Below, piece after piece: positions 59,801 through 64,000 of a stretch of DNA of 64,000 nt. This DNA comes from Treponema sp. GTDB lineage: Bacteria > Spirochaetota > Spirochaetia > Treponematales > Treponemataceae. Within the stretch, counting starts at the first letter, position 1. The number at the start of each line of letters is the position of its first letter. The stretch lies in contig JAZLGB010000012.1 in the NCBI GenBank assembly GCA_045616085.1, positions 98 through 64,097 of the forward strand, in the 5' to 3' direction. The translations under genes were made by a program, and so were the position numbers. The notes beneath the pieces are model-generated. The model was not told the origin of the DNA. It saw only the letters and a program-made list of their open reading frames with translations, and ran no database searches.

Positions 59801-60811
59801 CTTTCTGAAGCTGAAGGTACATGGGAATCTAAGCTTGCTGATGTATTTCCACCTGTTTCTGGTGCTGAAGTTCAGAAGCCTCTTCCTGATTTTGCTACAA
59901 AGATCCACAGTTCTTTGACAGAAGTTCGCAAGAATCCTGTTTTTGCTGCTCCTAAGTCTAAGCCGCGTGTATTGCTTCCTGTATTCCCAGGAACTAACTG
60001 TGAATTTGATATGGCTCGTGCATTCAACCTTGCTGGTGCTGATACAAAGATTATCGTTCTTGCTAACAAGACTCCTGCTATGCTGGAAGCTTCTTTGGCT
60101 AACTTTGAAAAGGAATTGAAGGAAGCTCAGATCCTTGCTTTGAGCGGTGGTTTCAGTGCTGGTGACGAACCTGATGGTTCTGCTAAGTTCATTGCTAACT
60201 GTTTGCGCGAAGGTCGTGTTTCAGAACAGGTTATGAACCTTTTGAAGAAGCGTGATGGTCTTGTTCTTGGTATTTGTAACGGTTTCCAGGCTTTGGTTAA
60301 GACTGGTCTTGCTATGTACGGTGAATTCCGTGACATGGACGGCACAATGCCTACTTTGACTTACAACAAGATTGGTCGTCATATCAGCCGCGTTGTTCGT
60401 ACTCGTATGGTTTCTGCAATGAGTCCATGGGCTAACGATCCAAGCGTAGTAGATCCACGCATCCACCTTGTTCCAATCAGCCACGGTGAAGGTCGCTTTG
60501 TTTGTGACGAAGCTACTGCTAAACAGTTGTTTGAAAACGGACAGGTTTATACTCAGTATGTTGATGAATACGGTAATCCTGCAATTACTGAACCAGATAA
60601 CCCTAACGGTTCTTTGTTCGCTATTGAAGGTATTACTTCGCCAGACGGTCACGTTCTTGGAAAGATGGGACACAGTGAACGTACTGTTGGTACAGACATG
60701 AACGGTGCAAGCCGTGATTTGATCATGAACATTGCTGGTGATCCTCTTACAAACGAAAGCGAAAACAGCTGTCAGAACCTGTTTGCTGCTGGTGTAAGAT
60801 ACTTTAAATAA
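56852..60811 (+). CDS. purL: Phosphoribosylformylglycinamidine synthase (large single-chain)
   Basis: WSDHCRH, KNETHNHP, DFGAGG, glutaminase domain PGTNCE/GICNGFQ/MGHSER. Confidence 0.96.
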   Translation: MFRLYVERKPGFENEARSYLSQIKSFLGISGVTGVRYLNRYDVENIGEAVGKAAATRIFSEPQSDFVYYDKIDVPAGDTVIVWEYLPGQYDQRADSAEQCLSLLRAGMASTCKVGTEAPRVRCAKVVILSGNVSADEVAKIQNYLINPVDSRLTDETVPETLEIKSEVPGDIPSVDGFIGWDDKALEAYRQKMGLAMDLADIKFLQEYFVGEKRDPTETEIRVLDTYWSDHCRHTTFLTELKEIKFEDGPYANLFKKSLQNYTDMRTEMYAGRTDKPVCLMDMAVIGIKYLKKHGKLDNLEVSEENNACSIYIDVHYTRDKDGKACDEKETWLLMFKNETHNHPTEIEPFGGAATCIGGAIRDPLSGRSWVYQSMRVTGAADPTVPLSATMKGKLPQSKICREAAQGFSSYGNQIGLTTGQVTELYHPGYVAKRMELGAVVAAAPKDMVMRERPEAGDVVILLGGGTGRDGIGGATGSSKVHTVKSVTTAAAEVQKGNAVEERKIQRLFRNKEVSLMIRRCNDFGAGGVSVAIGELAPGLEINLDVVPKKYEGLNGTELAISESQERMACVVRAKDAARFIEIAKSENLEAVKVADVTDTNRLIINWRGKTIVNLGREFLDAAGAHHEAVALIESPAAQDESPLVNALDSVKDSLAKGDVKDAWMKNIGDLACCSQRGLGERFDGSIGSSTVLFPYGGKYQCTPEAGMVAKIPVVSPFETSTVSLMAHGYDPRVGQWSPWHGAQCAVLSSLTKIACMGGKPTDCRLSFQEFFGRAVNEKAWGYPAAALLGSIDAQNAMGTASIGGKDSMSGTFENINVPHTLVSFAVTADDVKNVTSGSFKKAGHNVYLVTVPYSAELAPDFETFTSNTNTIYELNAADKIAAMYPVCAGGIAEAVTKMAMGNKVGVKLDNLPFSATAEGFAKSTSVSAKDLFTPLYGSIIIEANGELDERAFVEGTITKIGVTTKDSDIELAVKGVAEAKISLSEAEGTWESKLADVFPPVSGAEVQKPLPDFATKIHSSLTEVRKNPVFAAPKSKPRVLLPVFPGTNCEFDMARAFNLAGADTKIIVLANKTPAMLEASLANFEKELKEAQILALSGGFSAGDEPDGSAKFIANCLREGRVSEQVMNLLKKRDGLVLGICNGFQALVKTGLAMYGEFRDMDGTMPTLTYNKIGRHISRVVRTRMVSAMSPWANDPSVVDPRIHLVPISHGEGRFVCDEATAKQLFENGQVYTQYVDEYGNPAITEPDNPNGSLFAIEGITSPDGHVLGKMGHSERTVGTDMNGASRDLIMNIAGDPLTNESENSCQNLFAAGVRYFK

Positions 60812-60822
60812 TTGTTAATAAT

Positions 60823-60857
60823 GGCTACCGGGATTCTGTGTCCTGGTAGCTTTTTTT
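60823..60857 (+). terminator. purL terminator
   Basis: GGCTACCGGGA...TCCTGGTAGCTTTTTTT. Confidence 0.8.
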
Positions 60858-60874
60858 AAAATAAGGATAGGAAA

Positions 60875-61855
60875 ATGAAAAAATTGTTGATTGCAGCCTG
60901 TGCTTTGGCTGCTATGTTTTTGACATCTTGTGGTGGAAAGCAGGATGCTAATGGCTGGTATTCTGATTTTGATGCTGCTAAAAAGGCTGCTCAGTCTAAA
61001 AATAAGAGTATTCTTCTTTTTGTAAATTCTGATCTTAATGTTGAAGGAAGTGAAGCTGGTGTAAGCGCTATTCTTTCTAAGGAATTTGCATCGGCTGTAA
61101 AAAATGACTTTGTTCTTTGTTATTTTAATTTTACAGATATGCAGTCTAAGTTGGGTAATGTTAACATGGAACTTTCCAGCTCAGAACAGAAAAACCTTGA
61201 AAAACTCCGTAATGAAATGAAAAAGCAGTTTAAGATTGCTGATATGTACACTGTACAGACAACACCTTCTGTTACTCTTCTTACAAAAGACGGTTATTAT
61301 GCATCTGCTTTGAATTGTGATTATTCAAGTGCTTCTGCAGATGGTTATGCTTCTTTGGTAAATGAAGATAAAAAATATATCGAAGCAGTGAATGAAATGG
61401 TTGATAAGGCAAAGAAAGCTTCTGGAAAGGAACTTGCACTTGCTGTTACAGCTCTTCATGATTCAATGTACGAAACTCACCGTCTTGCAATGGCTGATTT
61501 TGTTCGTAAGGCTGTTCAGGCAGATAGAAAAGATGAATCTGGATGTATTAACAAGCTTATTATGAGCCTTGTTTCTTTTGAAGTTTACGAAGAACTTACA
61601 AATGAAAACATTGAAAGCGCAGTTAGAATTTATGCGAAGTATGCTGAAGATAAGCGTCTTGATAAAGAAAATGTTCAGATGCTTTATTATACAGCAGCTC
61701 AGGTTTTGGCTAATTCTAGAACAGCTAAACTTGATGATGTTAAGAGTTATCTTGAAAAAGCTGTTTCTGTAGATCCTGAATCGGAATATGGTGTTCAGAT
61801 TCAGAGTATTCTTAATGATATTAATTCTGCAGATACTACACCTGCTCAGAAATAG
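60875..61855 (+). CDS. Thioredoxin-like fold lipoprotein with helical/TPR-like C-terminus
   Basis: Lipobox LTS-C; WYSDFDAAKKAA..NKSILLF and YTVQTTPS resemble thioredoxin-like families; no CxxC. Confidence 0.6.
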   Translation: MKKLLIAACALAAMFLTSCGGKQDANGWYSDFDAAKKAAQSKNKSILLFVNSDLNVEGSEAGVSAILSKEFASAVKNDFVLCYFNFTDMQSKLGNVNMELSSSEQKNLEKLRNEMKKQFKIADMYTVQTTPSVTLLTKDGYYASALNCDYSSASADGYASLVNEDKKYIEAVNEMVDKAKKASGKELALAVTALHDSMYETHRLAMADFVRKAVQADRKDESGCINKLIMSLVSFEVYEELTNENIESAVRIYAKYAEDKRLDKENVQMLYYTAAQVLANSRTAKLDDVKSYLEKAVSVDPESEYGVQIQSILNDINSADTTPAQK

Positions 61856-61874
61856 TCTTTAGCCGGTGGGTAGA

Positions 61875-63155
61875 ATGTCTTTGATAGGGCTGCTGATTGC
61901 TTCGGCGGCCCTTGTTACTTTATCAATGCTCTTTAGTATTTCGGAAAGCGCTTTTCTTTCCATGAACAAACTGCGTCTTCGCATTTTGCGTCGTGAGAAG
62001 AATAAGAAGGCCGTGCGAGTGGCAAAGCTTTTGGATAAGAAAGAGTTTCTCATCAATACACTTCTTGTTGCCAATGAACTGGTAAACATTCTTTTAAGTT
62101 CTATTATTACGGCTGTTGCGATGCAGCTTTTTGGCAGCAAAGGGGTTGGTTATGCCACCTTTGTTGTTACTCTTTTACTTTTGATTTTTGGGGAGATTAC
62201 CCCTAAGGCAATTTCAACTCGAAAACCAGATGGAATTGCTTACGGACTTTCGTTTTTTGTTACAGTTGTTGTCCATTTGATTCATCCTTTTGTTGTTATT
62301 CTGACTTGGATTTCCAGATTGATCTTGAAAATATTAGGAATAAAGGTCGATGCACCTGAGCAGACTTATTCCGAAGATGATATAAAATCTTTTATTGAGG
62401 TTGGGGAAGAAACCGGTGTTCTTGAGAATGGTGAAAAAAACATCTTGAACTCGGTTTTCAAGTTTACGGATCTTGATGCGGCTGATGTTATGGTTCCACG
62501 AACTTCAATCGTTAGATTGAGCATAAACTCGACTTATGTGCAGGTAATTGAAAAAGCTCAGCGCACTCGATTCAGTCAGTTTCCTGTTTATCGAAAAAAT
62601 ATTGATGACATTGTTGGCTTTTTGTATTTGAAGGATCTTCTTAAGACTACGCCTGAAACTTTTGATATGAAGAAAGTTATGCGGCCTCCATTGTTCATTC
62701 CGGGGACACGAAAGATTTCTTCTGTTCAGCAGGTAATGCAGGAAAACAGGCAGTCTATCGCCATAATTATTGATGAATATTCTGGAACGGACGGTCTTAT
62801 AACTCAGGCTGATATTCATCGTACAATTTTTGGAACAGCGGGAAATTCTGCACCTTGGAAAAAGGAATCGAATCTTTCTGAGTTGAAGGGGAAAGATTCT
62901 TTTGCTGTTGATGGAACAACTTTGCTGATTGATCTGAAGCTGATGTTCGGCCTGGAACTTACTTCGGAAGTGAATGATACGATTGGTGGGTGGATTGTTG
63001 AGCGACTTGATCGAATTGCTGTTGTGGGAGACGAAGTTTCTTTTGGTGACTGGAAGTTTACCGTAACAAAAATTGGCGTTCGTCGTGTTACCGAGGTTTT
63101 AATCCAGTCAACTGCCGAAGATACTCAGGAAGGCAAGGTGGTGCAGAATGATTAA
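61875..63155 (+). CDS. CNNM/hemolysin-family protein (DUF21-CBS-CorC)
   Basis: FSISESAF, IFGEITPK, VMVPR, IIDEYSGTDG; start 61866 or 61875. Confidence 0.9.
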   Translation: MSLIGLLIASAALVTLSMLFSISESAFLSMNKLRLRILRREKNKKAVRVAKLLDKKEFLINTLLVANELVNILLSSIITAVAMQLFGSKGVGYATFVVTLLLLIFGEITPKAISTRKPDGIAYGLSFFVTVVVHLIHPFVVILTWISRLILKILGIKVDAPEQTYSEDDIKSFIEVGEETGVLENGEKNILNSVFKFTDLDAADVMVPRTSIVRLSINSTYVQVIEKAQRTRFSQFPVYRKNIDDIVGFLYLKDLLKTTPETFDMKKVMRPPLFIPGTRKISSVQQVMQENRQSIAIIIDEYSGTDGLITQADIHRTIFGTAGNSAPWKKESNLSELKGKDSFAVDGTTLLIDLKLMFGLELTSEVNDTIGGWIVERLDRIAVVGDEVSFGDWKFTVTKIGVRRVTEVLIQSTAEDTQEGKVVQND

Positions 63156-64000
63156 AACTGTAGCAATTATTTTTGCACTTTTGGTTATCGTTAAGATCAT
63201 CGCATTTTTTGCTGGTTCAGAAACCGCCTATCTTTCTATAAATAAGATTAAGGTTCGCCAGCTGGTTAGAGAAAAGCGGCCTAATGCAAAGACTGTCAAA
63301 AAGCTTAGGGAAAATGTTGATGAGCTTTTGACAATTATCTTGATTGGAATCAACTTTATGAACACTTTTGGTTCTGCACTGGCAACTGCACTTGCAATTG
63401 AGCTGGTAGGAAACAAAGGTGTAGGAATTGCTACGGTTTGTTTTACTGTGGTTTCTGTAATTTTTGGTGAAATTGTTCCAAAGACTGTGGCTGGTCGCTA
63501 TACCGATGAAACTGTCTGCAGAAATGCTGTTCCTTTGCTGGTGCTGGAAAAGGCGTTTTTTCCTATGGTGTGGCTTTTTAGCGCTATTTCCAAGGGGACT
63601 GCCCGTGCGGCAAAAAATTTCCTGAAGGACGATTCTGCTCTTGTTACCGAAGAAGAGCTTAAGACTTTGATTGAGCTTGGGGAGAAAGAAGGTACTCTTG
63701 AGCACGGAGAGTCTACAATGCTGAATAAGGTTTTCCGGTTTAATGATCTGACTGTCCATGAAATTATGAAGCATCGGTCTCTGGTTAGGAGCGTTTCTGT
63801 TGAGGCTACCAGAGCTGATGTTGTAGAAATTTTTGTTGAGTCCGGTCTTTCTATGATTCCTGTTTACGAAGAAAACAAAGAGGCTATTGTCGGAGTAATT
63901 CACTATAAGTCAGTTTTGCTTACTGAAAAATCAATTGATCCTGGTGCGGGATATGCTCGCGGTATCATGAAAAACGTTTTGTTTGTTCCGGAGACTTTTT
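63148..64000 (+). CDS. Second CNNM/hemolysin-family protein (runs off window end)
   Basis: Manual translation MIKTVAIIFALL..FFAGSETAYLS...IFGEIVPK; overlaps the previous stop. Confidence 0.85.
   Translation, partial: MIKTVAIIFALLVIVKIIAFFAGSETAYLSINKIKVRQLVREKRPNAKTVKKLRENVDELLTIILIGINFMNTFGSALATALAIELVGNKGVGIATVCFTVVSVIFGEIVPKTVAGRYTDETVCRNAVPLLVLEKAFFPMVWLFSAISKGTARAAKNFLKDDSALVTEEELKTLIELGEKEGTLEHGESTMLNKVFRFNDLTVHEIMKHRSLVRSVSVEATRADVVEIFVESGLSMIPVYEENKEAIVGVIHYKSVLLTEKSIDPGAGYARGIMKNVLFVPETF

Overview
Chromosomal window from a spirochaete, very probably a gut/rumen-type Treponema. This is inferred from the spirochaetal RpoA N-terminus [13 protein letters not shown], tuf directly before rpsJ, the absence of fusA/adk/map/infA from the r-protein cluster, and spirochaetal lipoboxes. 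1-22.7 kb is accessory: three divergent Rpn (PD-(D/E)XK) nuclease genes, a 3.4k-aa Ig-repeat lipoprotein, an Sfp-like PPTase and a 3.0k-aa secreted beta-rich protein with a FlgD-Ig/T9SS-CTD-like tail. 22.7-26.6 kb carries a PilZ protein, an RlmM-like methyltransferase, radA, a candidate sRNA and cysE. 26.7-55.4 kb is the core cluster tRNA-Thr/rpmG/tRNA-Trp/secE/nusG/rplKAJL/rpoBC/rpsLG/tuf/S10-spc-alpha, ending in a Zn-finger ORF and rpsD. 55.5-64 kb holds a LivJ-like binding lipoprotein, purL, a thioredoxin-like lipoprotein and two CNNM genes. Best leads: (i) a 37-nt upstream element shared by all three rpn genes and partly by radA, plus intragenic RpnS-type starts; (ii) a ~470-nt structured tuf leader with an rRNA-type boxB/boxA; (iii) a stand-alone ~100-nt sRNA; (iv) a possible unrecognised ribosomal protein. 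All calls were made by eye; no database searches were run.
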